A stretch of DNA of 46,292 nt from Pseudomonadota bacterium. GTDB taxonomy: Bacteria; Pseudomonadota; Alphaproteobacteria; Rhodobacterales; Rhodobacteraceae. The notes under the pieces are model-generated. The model was not told where the DNA came from. It made no database searches and saw nothing but the letters and a program-made list of their open reading frames with translations. Positions 1 through 9,458 of the stretch are shown piece after piece (position 1 is the stretch's first letter; every line of letters starts with the position of its first letter). A program made the position numbers and the translations under genes. The stretch spans positions 1 through 46,292 of the forward strand of contig JANMDM010000337.1 of assembly GCA_031376305.1 (NCBI GenBank), read 5' to 3'.

Positions 1-29
1 GTTTGGAATCAGACGATTGGCTTCGTGCG

Positions 30-45
30 GTAAGGGAAAATTAAC
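30..45. promoter_or_regulatory. Near-consensus CtrA box (GTAA-N7-TTAAC)
   Basis: gtaa-gggaaaa-ttaac has one mismatch to TTAA-N7-TTAAC. It is intergenic, and the target gene probably lies outside the window. Confidence 0.4.
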
Positions 46-144
46 GCCTGAAAGGAGTGGAGCGGCTGGAATCGTTATCGGAGGCGGTCGGGATTTCTAT
101 GGGATTCGAGGCAGTACCGTTCCCGCGCGCTGGAGCGGAAGGTC

Positions 145-166
145 GCCGGGGTGAACCCCGGCCTAC
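145..166 (-). repeat. GTAG-type REP-like palindrome
   Basis: The minus strand reads GTAG-GCCGGGG-TTCA-CCCCGGC, a GTAG foot plus a 7-bp hairpin, just downstream of the 89-aa gene. Confidence 0.5.
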
Positions 167-187
167 GGCGTGCTACTGAAGCGCACG

Positions 188-457
188 CTACGGTTTATCT
201 TCTCGAGCCATCCGGCGCAGAAATGCTTCGTTCGATCTAACGTTGTCTGCCACTTTATTTATATAAAAACGACATGCTTCATCTTCATCTTCAAATTCAC
301 CCATAATATCTCTTTCCCCACGCTCAAAGTGGTAGATTAGCCAGTTCTTTCCTTCTCTCATGAGTATGAGCTGGTTTTCACGCTCCAACCCAACAGAATA
401 GCTTTGATTCAGCAGTCCAGTCGTCTGGATAATTTTCGCTACATCATTAATATTCAC
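188..457 (-). CDS. Small acidic protein, probable polymorphic-toxin immunity protein (TNT-associated type)
   Basis: 89-aa ORF in AT-rich sequence with a W-x-I-Y-x-x-E-R-G...F-x-x-E-x-E-A-C pattern. Its GTG start overlaps the TGA of an upstream TNT-like remnant. Confidence 0.6.
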   Translation of the reverse strand: MNINDVAKIIQTTGLLNQSYSVGLERENQLILMREGKNWLIYHFERGERDIMGEFEDEDEACRFYINKVADNVRSNEAFLRRMAREDKP

Positions 458-540
458 GGAGCTATCTCCCTAAGTTAGTCCGGCACCAAGTTCTCCACTC
501 TGGTCGGAAGGCGGTATTGCGTTCCGCCACCTGAGGTGCC
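454..540 (-). pseudogene. C-terminal remnant of a TNT/DUF4237-type NAD glycohydrolase toxin
   Basis: Manual translation gives GTSGGGTQYRLPTRVENLVPD*LREIAP*, which matches the TNT C-terminal GGGxQY...V..L...(Y)L.E pattern. There is an internal TAA at 475-477 and no N-terminus. Confidence 0.6.
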
Positions 541-578
541 CCTAGTTTTGTAGGCGCTTTGCGGAAAAGTAATGCAGA

Positions 579-1280
579 TCACATAGCCTTGTGTATGGGC
601 GGAGGGCTATACCCTCCTATCCGCGATGTCATAAGCCGCAGTTTGACCATCGTTTCGGCCAACCCTACCGCGCAGGTCACGCCATCCAGTACAGGCAGCC
701 CGTGGTCCTTCGCGAGAGACTCGGCGAGATCCGCCATCCCTGCGCAGCCCAGCACGATCGCTTCGGCCCGATCTTCTTCCACAGCCCGGCCAATTTCGGC
801 GCTGATGCGGTTGCAAGCATCCGACCCCAGATGTTCCAGTTCCAGCACCGCAACTTCAGACGACCGCACCCGGGCACAGCGGGCGATCAGGCCATAGCGG
901 TGCAGGTTATGTTCCAAGGCAGGCACCGAACGCGCCAGGGTGGTGACCACCGAAAACTTGTTCGAAATCATCGAGGCCATGTGATAGGCCGCCTCGCCAA
1001 TGCCGATCACCGGCTTTTCGGTCAGACAGCGCGCGGCATCGAGGCCCGTATCATCAAAACAGGCGATTACCACCGCGTCATAGCCGGACGCCTTCCGAAT
1101 GACATCCAACATCCCGGCCAGTGACATCGCCTCATCGTAAAATCCTTCAATCGAGGCCGGGCCAAGCAACGGATTTACCGCAACAATCTCGGTCCCCGCT
1201 GAGGCCACCCGCCGCGCCGCAGCCCCGATCTTTTCAGTCATCGAGGCGGTTGTATTGGGGTTCACCACCAGAATGCGCAT
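579..1280 (-). CDS. Asp/Glu/hydantoin racemase family protein (allantoin/hydantoin racemase)
   Basis: MRILVVNPNT..MT start, GPxSIEG motif and two catalytic Cys motifs (IACFDDTG, LGCAGM). Confidence 0.9.
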   Translation of the reverse strand: MRILVVNPNTTASMTEKIGAAARRVASAGTEIVAVNPLLGPASIEGFYDEAMSLAGMLDVIRKASGYDAVVIACFDDTGLDAARCLTEKPVIGIGEAAYHMASMISNKFSVVTTLARSVPALEHNLHRYGLIARCARVRSSEVAVLELEHLGSDACNRISAEIGRAVEEDRAEAIVLGCAGMADLAESLAKDHGLPVLDGVTCAVGLAETMVKLRLMTSRIGGYSPPPIHKAM

Positions 1281-2003
1281 TTACACTTCGCCCCCAAGAT
1301 AGGCGGCCTTGATCCGGTCATCACCCATCAACTCTTTGGAATCGCCGGTCAAAACCACTGATCCGGTTGACATCGCATAGGCCCGGCTGGAAATCGACAG
1401 CGCCATCCGGCTGTTCTGTTCCACCAGCAGCACCGTCACCTTCTCATCGCGGGAGATCGCCACGATCGCGCGGGCAATATCCTGCACCAGCTTGGGTGCT
1501 ATGCCCAAAGACGGCTCGTCCAGCAACAAGAGCTTCGGTTTGGCCATCAGCGCCCGACCGATGACCATCATCTGCTGCTCGCCGCCCGAAAGCGTGCTGG
1601 CCTGCTGGCTGAAGCGTTCCTTCAGGCGCGGAAAACGTACCAGAATGCTTTCCAGCGTGTTGGCTATCTCGGACTTGTCCGACCGCGTGAACGCCCCCAT
1701 CAAGAGATTGTCCTTCACCGACATGAAGGGAAACACCCGCCGCCCCTCGGGCACCATGGCGATGCCCTTTTTCACGATCTCTGCCGCCGAAGTGCCATCC
1801 AGCCGCTCGCCCATGAAGGTGATCGAGCCGCTCTTGATCTTCCGCAAGCCAGTGATCGCCCGCAGGATCGAGGATTTCCCCGCCCCGTTGGCCCCGATCA
1901 GCGCCACGGTTTCGCCCTGTTGCAGGTTCAGCGACACGCCTTTCAGCGCATAAACGTGGTCGTAGAACAGCTCGACATCCTTGAAGTTCAGCATCTCTGT
2001 CAT
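1281..2003 (-). CDS. LIV-family ABC transporter ATP-binding protein (LivF-like)
   Basis: Walker A GANGAGKS, VPEGRRVF, LSGGEQQM, LLLDEPSLG, VEQN. Confidence 0.93.
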   Translation of the reverse strand: MTEMLNFKDVELFYDHVYALKGVSLNLQQGETVALIGANGAGKSSILRAITGLRKIKSGSITFMGERLDGTSAAEIVKKGIAMVPEGRRVFPFMSVKDNLLMGAFTRSDKSEIANTLESILVRFPRLKERFSQQASTLSGGEQQMMVIGRALMAKPKLLLLDEPSLGIAPKLVQDIARAIVAISRDEKVTVLLVEQNSRMALSISSRAYAMSTGSVVLTGDSKELMGDDRIKAAYLGGEV

Positions 2004-2006
2004 GGC

Positions 2007-2789
2007 TTACATCCCAATCGCTGCATCTTCGGAACCGAGATAGGCCTCGATTACCTTCGGATTGGCCTGAATTTCCGCAGGCGTGCCTTCGGCGATCTTT
2101 TCGCCGAAGTTGATCACCACGATACGGTCGCTGATTTTCATTACTGCCGGCATGTCATGTTCGACCAGCATCACCGTCACCCCGCGCTCGTCGCGCAGGC
2201 GGCGTACCTGGGTCACCATCTTCATCGTCTCGTCATGGTTCATCCCGGCAAAGGGTTCATCCAGCAGCAAAACCGTCGGATGGGTGGCAAGACCGATTGC
2301 CATGCCCAAAGCCCGCAGATGCCCCTGTGGCAGGTTCGAGGCCAATTCGTTGCGGATCGCCTGAAGCCCAAGGAAATCCACAATATCATCAGCGGATTTG
2401 CCGAACTCCGCCTCATCGGCGCGCGCCCGCTTGCTGCCGAGGAAGAACCCCAGAAGCGAAGCTTTCGACCGCAGATGATGTGCCACGATGATATTCTCGC
2501 GCACCGTCATCGACTTGAAGATGGTGGTTTCCTGAAAGGTCCGCACCACGCCCATCCGCGCCACCTTATGGGGTGCCAGATCGCTGATCTTCTGGCCACG
2601 AAACAGCACCTCTCCGCTCGTGGCATGCACAAACGACGCGATCAGCTTGAACAGCGTCGATTTACCCGCGCCGTTCGGGCCGATCACCGACAGGATCTCG
2701 CCCTTATTCACATCAAAGCTGATGTTGTTGTTGGCGGTCAGGCCCCCGTATTTCTTGGTGATACCCTTGATTTGCAGAATGGGGCTCAT
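2007..2789 (-). CDS. LIV-family ABC transporter ATP-binding protein (LivG-like)
   Basis: GPNGAGKST, RTFQ, LLLDEP, VEHDM, C-terminal VIEAYLG. Confidence 0.93.
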   Translation of the reverse strand: MSPILQIKGITKKYGGLTANNNISFDVNKGEILSVIGPNGAGKSTLFKLIASFVHATSGEVLFRGQKISDLAPHKVARMGVVRTFQETTIFKSMTVRENIIVAHHLRSKASLLGFFLGSKRARADEAEFGKSADDIVDFLGLQAIRNELASNLPQGHLRALGMAIGLATHPTVLLLDEPFAGMNHDETMKMVTQVRRLRDERGVTVMLVEHDMPAVMKISDRIVVINFGEKIAEGTPAEIQANPKVIEAYLGSEDAAIGM

Positions 2790-3754
2790 TTTCCACCGCC
2801 TTTCCGGTCAAGAAGGCTAAGAACACCGTTCGGCAGCACCAGCATCAGCGCGATCATGGCGCTGGAGTAGATCAGCAGCTGATATTCCTTGGCAACAGAC
2901 AGCAGATCCCAGCCGAAATACAACAGGAACGTGCCCAGCATCGGGCCGGAGACAAAGCCCAGGCCGCCGACGAAACAGTAAAGCATGAAGTTCACGCTGT
3001 CGGTCACCGCGAACGACGACGGGTAGATCGACTGCGAGATCGCCACGAACACCGCCCCGGCGAGGCCACCGAAGAAAGAGGAAATCGCATAGGCCAGCAG
3101 GCGCAGATAGGCAGTGTTCACACCGATCGAAGCCGCCAGCTCCTCGTTCTGCTGCAAGCTGCGGCACAGGTGGCCAAGCCGTGAATTCACGATCCGCCAC
3201 AGCGCCGCATAGGACAGCACCATCAGCGTAACTGCCAAGAAGTAGAAGGCGAGTTTCGGGTTCGCCATCGTGGCGAAATCCGGAATAACGGTGATCCCAA
3301 AGACCTGCAGCGCGCCGGGAAGCGGGATCGAGGTGATCCCCTTGGCCCCATTGGTGACTGGCAGTGCCAGAGCGGTCAACCGGGTCACTTCGGTCAGCAC
3401 CAGCGTGATCATAGCGAAATAGACGCCGCGAAGCCGCAGGATCGGCAGACCGATCAGCACCGAGATCGCCGCACAGAACACACCCGCCAAGGGCAAGGTG
3501 GCCCAGAACGACACCCCGGCTTGGGTCATCAGCACCGCCGAGACATAGCCGCCCATGAGCGCATAAGCCCCTTGACCGATGTTGATGCGCCCGATGTAGA
3601 AGGTCAGCCAGACCCCGGCAGACCCGATTGACAACAGCGCCACCGAGGTCAGCGTGTAGTAAAGATCCCAGCGGCCGCTTGCCGCGATCAGAACCGGCAC
3701 CAGCACGAAGACCACCAGCAGAAAAGCCGCAAGGCCCAGAATTTGCTTGTTCAT
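2786..3754 (-). CDS. LIV-family ABC transporter permease (LivM-like)
   Basis: Multi-TM protein with LRLRGVYFAMITL, TNGAKGI and GGLG motifs. Confidence 0.92.
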   Translation of the reverse strand: MNKQILGLAAFLLVVFVLVPVLIAASGRWDLYYTLTSVALLSIGSAGVWLTFYIGRINIGQGAYALMGGYVSAVLMTQAGVSFWATLPLAGVFCAAISVLIGLPILRLRGVYFAMITLVLTEVTRLTALALPVTNGAKGITSIPLPGALQVFGITVIPDFATMANPKLAFYFLAVTLMVLSYAALWRIVNSRLGHLCRSLQQNEELAASIGVNTAYLRLLAYAISSFFGGLAGAVFVAISQSIYPSSFAVTDSVNFMLYCFVGGLGFVSGPMLGTFLLYFGWDLLSVAKEYQLLIYSSAMIALMLVLPNGVLSLLDRKGGGK

Positions 3755-3758
3755 CTGT

Positions 3759-4628
3759 TCAACCCCAAGGCTTGCCCATCAGCCCTTGCGGGCGGAAGGC
3801 GAGAAACACCATCAGCGAGGCGAAGATGGCAAGATAGGTGATGTCGCCATAAGCGGCCAACACGGTGAGGCCGATGCTTTCCATCATGCCAAGGATGAAG
3901 CCCCCGGCGATTGCCCCGGAAATCACCCCGGCACCACCGATCATGATCATCATGAAAGCTTTGATCGAGGTCGGCCCGCCCATGCCAAGGTTGACGCCGG
4001 TGATCGTCACCAGCAGCCCGCCAACCAACCCAGCCAGCATCGCCCCCAACGCAAAGCCGATCATCGAATAACGATCCACATCGACGCCCATCAGTTGAGC
4101 CGCCACGCGGTCTTGCGCCAAGGCCCGCATCGCCCGACCGGTCTTGGAATATTGCATCAGTGCGATGAAGCCCGCGATCATCGCAATCGCCAGCACCCCG
4201 ATCAGGATGCGGTCGTAAGGCATGATCAGCCGCATATCCCAGTTGAACACACCGTTCACGATCTTGGGCACGCCGCGCTGTTTTTCGCCAAAGACCAGCA
4301 GGATCACCGCATCAAGGAAAAACGCGATCCCGGCGGCCAGCAGCATCGTGCTTTCGTCGCGTTTGGATTTTCGGATCACCGGGCGGAACAGGAACACTTC
4401 GATGAGCGCGCCCATGATCGCCAGGATCAGCGCCGAGGCGAACAGGCCAATGATGAAGGGCAAGCCCCATTGCGCAACAACGGTGTAGGTCACAAAACCG
4501 CCAAAGACATACATCTGTCCATGCGCAAAATTCAACACATTCATCAGCGAGAAGATCAAGGTCAGTCCCAACGCAATCAATGCGTATTGGGCGCCAAGAT
4601 ACAGCCCATTTGCTAGAATTTGTTCCAT
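3759..4628 (-). CDS. LIV-family ABC transporter permease (LivH-like)
   Basis: YALIALGLTLIF..NFAHG and GRAMRA motifs. Start taken at the ATG of MEQILANG (4628), preceded by GGAGG. Confidence 0.92.
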   Translation of the reverse strand: MEQILANGLYLGAQYALIALGLTLIFSLMNVLNFAHGQMYVFGGFVTYTVVAQWGLPFIIGLFASALILAIMGALIEVFLFRPVIRKSKRDESTMLLAAGIAFFLDAVILLVFGEKQRGVPKIVNGVFNWDMRLIMPYDRILIGVLAIAMIAGFIALMQYSKTGRAMRALAQDRVAAQLMGVDVDRYSMIGFALGAMLAGLVGGLLVTITGVNLGMGGPTSIKAFMMIMIGGAGVISGAIAGGFILGMMESIGLTVLAAYGDITYLAIFASLMVFLAFRPQGLMGKPWG

Positions 4629-4651
4629 GCGAGGCCCTCCGGGTTGTGGGG

Positions 4652-4680
4652 AAAAAGGGGCCGCTTTTAGCGGCGGCCCC
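4652..4680 (-). terminator. Intra-operon hairpin / partial terminator after the substrate-binding gene
   Basis: The minus strand reads GGGGCCGC...GCGGCCCC followed by TTTTT. Confidence 0.6.
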
Positions 4681-4703
4681 AAGTTGACGCCGGGAAGGAA
4701 GGG

Positions 4704-5891
4704 TCAGTCGACTTGAGCCACGAACAGGGTTTCAAACGCGCCGTCCTTGAAGGTGTTCACCACCAAAGGCACCGAGACCTGACGCTTCTGGCCAAACGAG
4801 GTGGTTCCGACATATTTCATCTTGGCATCGCCAACCATATAGGGGTTCGGGGCTTCGAACGTGTCCATCGTGGTCTTGAACGCCTCAACATCACTCATTG
4901 CCGCCGGGTTTGCCGCCATGGTCGCAAGGATGTATTCCAGCGCATAAACCTTGGTGTTGGACTCGTCGTTATACTCGCCGAACATGGCGGTATAGCGGGT
5001 GACGAATTCCTTCATCGCATCCGAGGCCAGCTCCGGCGTGGAAGCACCCCCAACCGAGATGAAGCCATTTGCCAACTCGCCTGCGCCTTCGGCCAGAACG
5101 GCGGCATCCTGCGCGGTTTCGGTGGAAATCAGCCCTGTGTAGCCCAGTTCCCGCGCCGAGCGGATCAGTTGCGGCGCGTTGGCGGGCGACACCCCCGACA
5201 GCACCAGCAGATCAGGGGCCGACTGGATCACCGGCAACAGAACCGGGGTGAAATCGGTCGTATCCACCTGATAGGTCACCGAATCTGACACCACCTCCAG
5301 CCCCAGCGCCTTGGCTGCGGCAACACCACCGTCCCGCTGCGACAGCGGATCGGATTCATTGCCGGCCACGAACGCCACCTTCTTCACGCCGTTGTTTTCC
5401 ATCAGATACTTATAGATTGCCGGACCCGATTGATAGTTGGCCACCATGCCCAGAACCGCGTTCGAGGCGGGGGCGGTGTAGAGCTCCTTTGGGAAAGCAT
5501 AGGGGAAATACATGATGGCATTCTGTTCGGCCACCGGACGCACGGCTGCAGCGCCGTCGTCCACATTCGGGCCGACGACATAGTGAATGCCCGCCTGCGC
5601 CATCTGCTCCATGCCCGCAATCGCGCGCTTGGGGTCTTTCTGATCGTCGAACGAGACAATCTCGATGTCGTATTTGGTGCCGCCGATGTCATAGCCACCG
5701 GTTTCATTGATCCAGGCGGCGCGGGTTTCCATCGACCGCTGGTTCGAAGTGCCCCAGGCCGCAGCAGGGCCAGAGGTGACGCCGACAAAACCGATCTTCA
5801 GAACCGGGTTTTCAGCGAATGCGGTGCCAAGCATGGCAAAACTTGCAATGGTGGCAAGTGCGGTGGTTTTCAGCAAGGTGCGACGAAGCAT
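4704..5891 (-). CDS. LIV-family ABC transporter substrate-binding protein
   Basis: Periplasmic binding protein pattern (KIG..SGPAAAWG, DD..DP). ATG at 5891 has a GGAG RBS. The N-terminus MLRRTLLK plus h-region and AFA is a twin-arginine-like signal. Confidence 0.9.
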   Translation of the reverse strand: MLRRTLLKTTALATIASFAMLGTAFAENPVLKIGFVGVTSGPAAAWGTSNQRSMETRAAWINETGGYDIGGTKYDIEIVSFDDQKDPKRAIAGMEQMAQAGIHYVVGPNVDDGAAAVRPVAEQNAIMYFPYAFPKELYTAPASNAVLGMVANYQSGPAIYKYLMENNGVKKVAFVAGNESDPLSQRDGGVAAAKALGLEVVSDSVTYQVDTTDFTPVLLPVIQSAPDLLVLSGVSPANAPQLIRSARELGYTGLISTETAQDAAVLAEGAGELANGFISVGGASTPELASDAMKEFVTRYTAMFGEYNDESNTKVYALEYILATMAANPAAMSDVEAFKTTMDTFEAPNPYMVGDAKMKYVGTTSFGQKRQVSVPLVVNTFKDGAFETLFVAQVD

Positions 5892-5972
5892 ATGGCAAAC
5901 TCCCTGTGAGCCAGAAGGATTGAAAGCTCTGCGCCCCGGTTCGGGGTTCTGTGAGTAGTCCGACTTGATCGT

Positions 5973-5995
5973 ATTGTTAACAATCATGTCAACAT
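5973..5995. promoter_or_regulatory. Probable GntR/FadR-family operator(s)
   Basis: Perfect palindrome ATTGTTAACAAT (5973-5984) followed by imperfect ATGTCAACAT (5986-5995), in the divergent promoter region. Confidence 0.6.
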
Positions 5996-6093
5996 AAATT
6001 TTCTCTATCGTCTACAAGACTGATGACTTGCCGCTGGTTGGATTGTTCACTATCTCTTTGCGAAATCACGTCAACAGAGTGGTCTACCCTTTC

Positions 6094-6807
6094 ATGCCCG
6101 CAGCCCCGCACGAGATCAGCCAAAACGTATCTGCCGACGAAATCGCCGAAGAAGATATCGTCGAGCGCATTTTCGAGGCGGTTGTCGAACAGCGACTGCC
6201 ACCGGGAACCAAGCTTTCCGAATCAGCTCTGTGTGAAGCCTTCGGAGTTGGCCGCATGCGCATTCGCCGCTCGTTGCTGCTTTTGTCCAGCCGCGAGGTG
6301 GTGGAACTGCACGCCAATCGCGGCGCCTATGTTGCCTCACCCTCTGCCAAACAGGCCCGCGAAGTCTTCGAGGCGCGTCTTGCATTGGAGCCGACGATTG
6401 CGCGGCTGGCCGTCGAACGCGCCGGGGCCGCGGATCTCGTCAATCTTGCCGCGCATCTTAAGATGGAACATGAGGCCCATCACGACGACCGCCGCCACGA
6501 AGCAATCCGCCTATCGGGCCAGTTTCATATCATGTTGGCGCAGATCGCTTCGAACGCGGTAATGCTGCGGATGATGAAGGAGCTGGTCACACGCACCTCG
6601 CTGATCATCGGCATCTTCGGCGCGCCAAGCGTGGCGAACTGCCGCGATGATGATCACGAACGCATCCTGTTCGCCTTCAAGGCGCGCGACGGCCAGGCGG
6701 CAGCCGACCTGATGACCGAGCATTTACGTGAGATTGAAAGCAGCCTTGATCTTGGCAACAAGAATAGCGGCGCCGTTGATCTGGTGAGTCTGTTTGCACG
6801 GAAGTAG
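6094..6807 (+). CDS. GntR (FadR/FCD) family transcriptional regulator
   Basis: RLPPGTKLSE..L...FGVGR..IR wHTH followed by an FCD domain with FH and H motifs. Divergent from the ABC operon; start could be upstream (6028). Confidence 0.92.
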   Translation: MPAAPHEISQNVSADEIAEEDIVERIFEAVVEQRLPPGTKLSESALCEAFGVGRMRIRRSLLLLSSREVVELHANRGAYVASPSAKQAREVFEARLALEPTIARLAVERAGAADLVNLAAHLKMEHEAHHDDRRHEAIRLSGQFHIMLAQIASNAVMLRMMKELVTRTSLIIGIFGAPSVANCRDDDHERILFAFKARDGQAAADLMTEHLREIESSLDLGNKNSGAVDLVSLFARK

Positions 6808-6850
6808 CAATCTGCCAGCCATGAAAGCCTGTAGAATTAGGACATTAAAA

Positions 6851-6985
6851 GCCGACCATCGGGCGATGCTGGCGAAGCTGGTGGCGGCGGATTTGGGCAA
6901 CCGGCTGGTGACGGAGATCGCCGCCTACGATGTCGAAAAGCTTCTGAACAACGTGGCGGCCGGTCCGTGCCAACCGCACCGGCGA
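6851..6985 (+). pseudogene. Fragment resembling the core-binding region of a phage-type tyrosine integrase
   Basis: ADHRAMLAKLVAADLGNRLVTEIAAYDVEKLLNNVAAG resembles the 'L.P.lG.+.v.eI+..DV..ll..i' helix pattern of integrase N-terminal domains. No catalytic domain follows. Confidence 0.5.
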
Positions 6986-7044
6986 AGTGTTGCGCCGCCA
7001 CCTTCGCCCCATGACCAGCTCCGCGTCAGCGCCGTTGGCGCCGG

Positions 7045-8634
7045 TCAGGAACCAATTGGTTTCCGCAGGCTGCGCGCCTTGGTTTGGCGGGCTTCGTCAC
7101 TGTCTTGCGCGCTTTCACTTTCGTAGCGAGAGTACCGCCGCGGAGGGTTTTGAGTCTCTCGCGCGATCTGAGGCTTCCCCTTGGCCGTCGGCACTGACCT
7201 TGAATAGGTTTGCCCTGTTACAGCCGGACTTGCTGGCCCCGGTTTCGTTTGGCGACTGTATCTCAACTCCCGACCGGGGCTGATTGCAGCGGGGGCATCT
7301 TGAGCCAAACTGCCTTCATCCGCAGGGCTATAGTAGACCATCCAAAGACCTGCACCAAAGATGAAAAAGACAAAGGAATACATCGAGGTCCAGACGTGAA
7401 CTGTGACCAGCGTAAAGCTTAATCCGCAGAACGTGAACATCCAGGCCAAGCGGAGGAGCGACACGCGGGGACTGAACGACAAATTGTGCAATCCGACCTT
7501 GAAAAGGCCGGAAAAGTAGCCCGCCAGCATCAGCAGGAAGCCGGGGATGCCATATTTCATTGCCATCAGGAGCCAAAAATTGTCAACGCTGCCTTTATCC
7601 ATATAGGCAGGACGGATCCAGGTGCGCAGCCCAAGACCAAAGATCGGATTGTCCCAGACATTCTTCATACCCCATTCAAAGATATTGGCGCGATAGTAGG
7701 CGGTCTGTGACGAAAACGTCGCATAGGTCATCAGCACCCGGACGGGCGTTCGATTGGACAGCAGGTCAACGACGACATAGGCGAGCGCAAACAAGCCAAG
7801 CAAAATCAACCACTTACGTTTGTAATTTCGCAGCACAATTGCCCAGGAAATCAACCCAATCTGCAACAAGACGGCCAAGACCGCACCGCTGGACAGCGAC
7901 AGAAACACACCGGCAAAGATGACGCCGCACGCAAGCAGGCGGTTAAAAAGACTTACCCGGTCGTGAAACCCCACAAGCACCAGCGAAAAAGCCACCGAGC
8001 AGAAAAGCCCGTAGTGGATTGGGTGTGCAAAAACGTTTTGAACCCGGAACAGTCCCAATCTTTTGGGGATGACCCATTGTGTGACCGATGTCACCCCTGG
8101 AATTTTTTCGATCAACGTCGGAATCACCGCGTGGCCAGATAACGCCTCAACGACCGAAAGCGGAAGTGAGAGGGCAATCAGGAGAAGGACAATCTTGATC
8201 AGGCTTTCAAACTGGTTTGGGGTACGGATGTAGGCCCGCGCAATCAGATACCCGCCAAGAAACTCGACTGCTGCCGAGCCCACGTTCTCGACAACCCGAT
8301 TAGGGTTGTTGATTGCCACGGCAAGCGTCGCCCACAATATGAAGGCAAAGTACAAATAATCCGGTGCCAGAAGTTTGCCGTAACGTCCGGCAAAGAGGTT
8401 AATGGACAAAGGGATGACCATGAACAAAAGGAAAATCCGAAGCGGAGTCAGGGCAACGGACCCTATGAAAAACTCAGCCGGAAGGACCACGCATATCAGA
8501 TACAGCCAAACGACAGCCGAAAGCTTGGAGGCGTCGCCAGCTTGTGCCAGCAAATTTACAGGTGCCTGAGCGGAGCTGCGAAGGGAAAGTGCTGTATCTG
8601 AGGGCAATGGAACGAAGTCTCCGGCATATCGCAA
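7045..8634 (-). CDS. O-antigen ligase / polysaccharide polymerase (Wzy_C)-like membrane protein
   Basis: About 12 TM segments; R..nvF.HPIHYG, SLSSG, R..IF..G...V..NPIFGLG and DNFWL....YG motifs; located in the EPS locus. Start uncertain. Confidence 0.8.
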   Translation of the reverse strand: MRYAGDFVPLPSDTALSLRSSAQAPVNLLAQAGDASKLSAVVWLYLICVVLPAEFFIGSVALTPLRIFLLFMVIPLSINLFAGRYGKLLAPDYLYFAFILWATLAVAINNPNRVVENVGSAAVEFLGGYLIARAYIRTPNQFESLIKIVLLLIALSLPLSVVEALSGHAVIPTLIEKIPGVTSVTQWVIPKRLGLFRVQNVFAHPIHYGLFCSVAFSLVLVGFHDRVSLFNRLLACGVIFAGVFLSLSSGAVLAVLLQIGLISWAIVLRNYKRKWLILLGLFALAYVVVDLLSNRTPVRVLMTYATFSSQTAYYRANIFEWGMKNVWDNPIFGLGLRTWIRPAYMDKGSVDNFWLLMAMKYGIPGFLLMLAGYFSGLFKVGLHNLSFSPRVSLLRLAWMFTFCGLSFTLVTVHVWTSMYSFVFFIFGAGLWMVYYSPADEGSLAQDAPAAISPGRELRYSRQTKPGPASPAVTGQTYSRSVPTAKGKPQIARETQNPPRRYSRYESESAQDSDEARQTKARSLRKPIGS

Positions 8635-8918
8635 GTGCGCAAGATCGCTGCGCCATTTTCAGGCTCAGTTATAGCCGATATTGTTTTCTGAAGCGAGTGC
8701 GCAGGGCCGGTGCGGGTCTGCGACTGTTTCAGTTTCAGAAATTTTTAGGCATAATCCGGGAAATTGGGCGCAATATCTTTTGGCACGTCGCCATTCCGAG
8801 GCGCGTGTATGCAGGAGCTTTGTTTAGGGAGTCTGGTCGGTCGACATTTCCCCTTGCCGCGGCATTCCGCTAAAGGCACGAGAAAGCAACAACGAAACCA
8901 ACGCAGAGCGCAGGGCAG

Positions 8919-9455
8919 ATGGACAAAGTCGAAGAAACGGATGCGACCCGCAATACCGAAGTGCTGACCGCACCAGCCAAAGCCAAAAGGCGGGGTCTCA
9001 ATAAGCTTTCCGGTTTGCGCAATCTGCTGGTGAACGCCAAGCGGCTCTATTTCCGCAAGGTCTGGGGAATGGACATCCATCCCACGGTGCAGTTTTCGCT
9101 TTCCGCGAAGTTTGATCGTACGTTTCCGGTGGGGGTACACATCGGGCCATATTCTTATGTTGCCTTTGATGCGCGCATTTTGAGCCATGACGTGACGCGT
9201 GGGCTTTATTTGCACACGCGGATCGGCGCCAACTGCTTTATCGGCGGTTGCAGCCTGATCCTTCCAGGTATCGAAATTGGTGACAATTGCGTTGTTGGGG
9301 CAGGTTCGGTGGTCACAAAATCTGTGCCACCAAGGTCGATTGTCGCGGGGAATCCGGCGCGGATCATAAGGTCCGACATCGACGTCGGTCGGTACGGGCG
9401 GTTTTTAACCGCCGATGCGACGGAAAGCGCTCTGGCCAGGGGGGGCTTGGCGTAA
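8919..9455 (+). CDS. Hexapeptide-repeat (LbH) O-acetyltransferase
   Basis: IGANCFIG...[24 protein letters not shown]...VAGNPARII. Confidence 0.9.
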   Translation: MDKVEETDATRNTEVLTAPAKAKRRGLNKLSGLRNLLVNAKRLYFRKVWGMDIHPTVQFSLSAKFDRTFPVGVHIGPYSYVAFDARILSHDVTRGLYLHTRIGANCFIGGCSLILPGIEIGDNCVVGAGSVVTKSVPPRSIVAGNPARIIRSDIDVGRYGRFLTADATESALARGGLA

Positions 9456-9458
9456 ATC

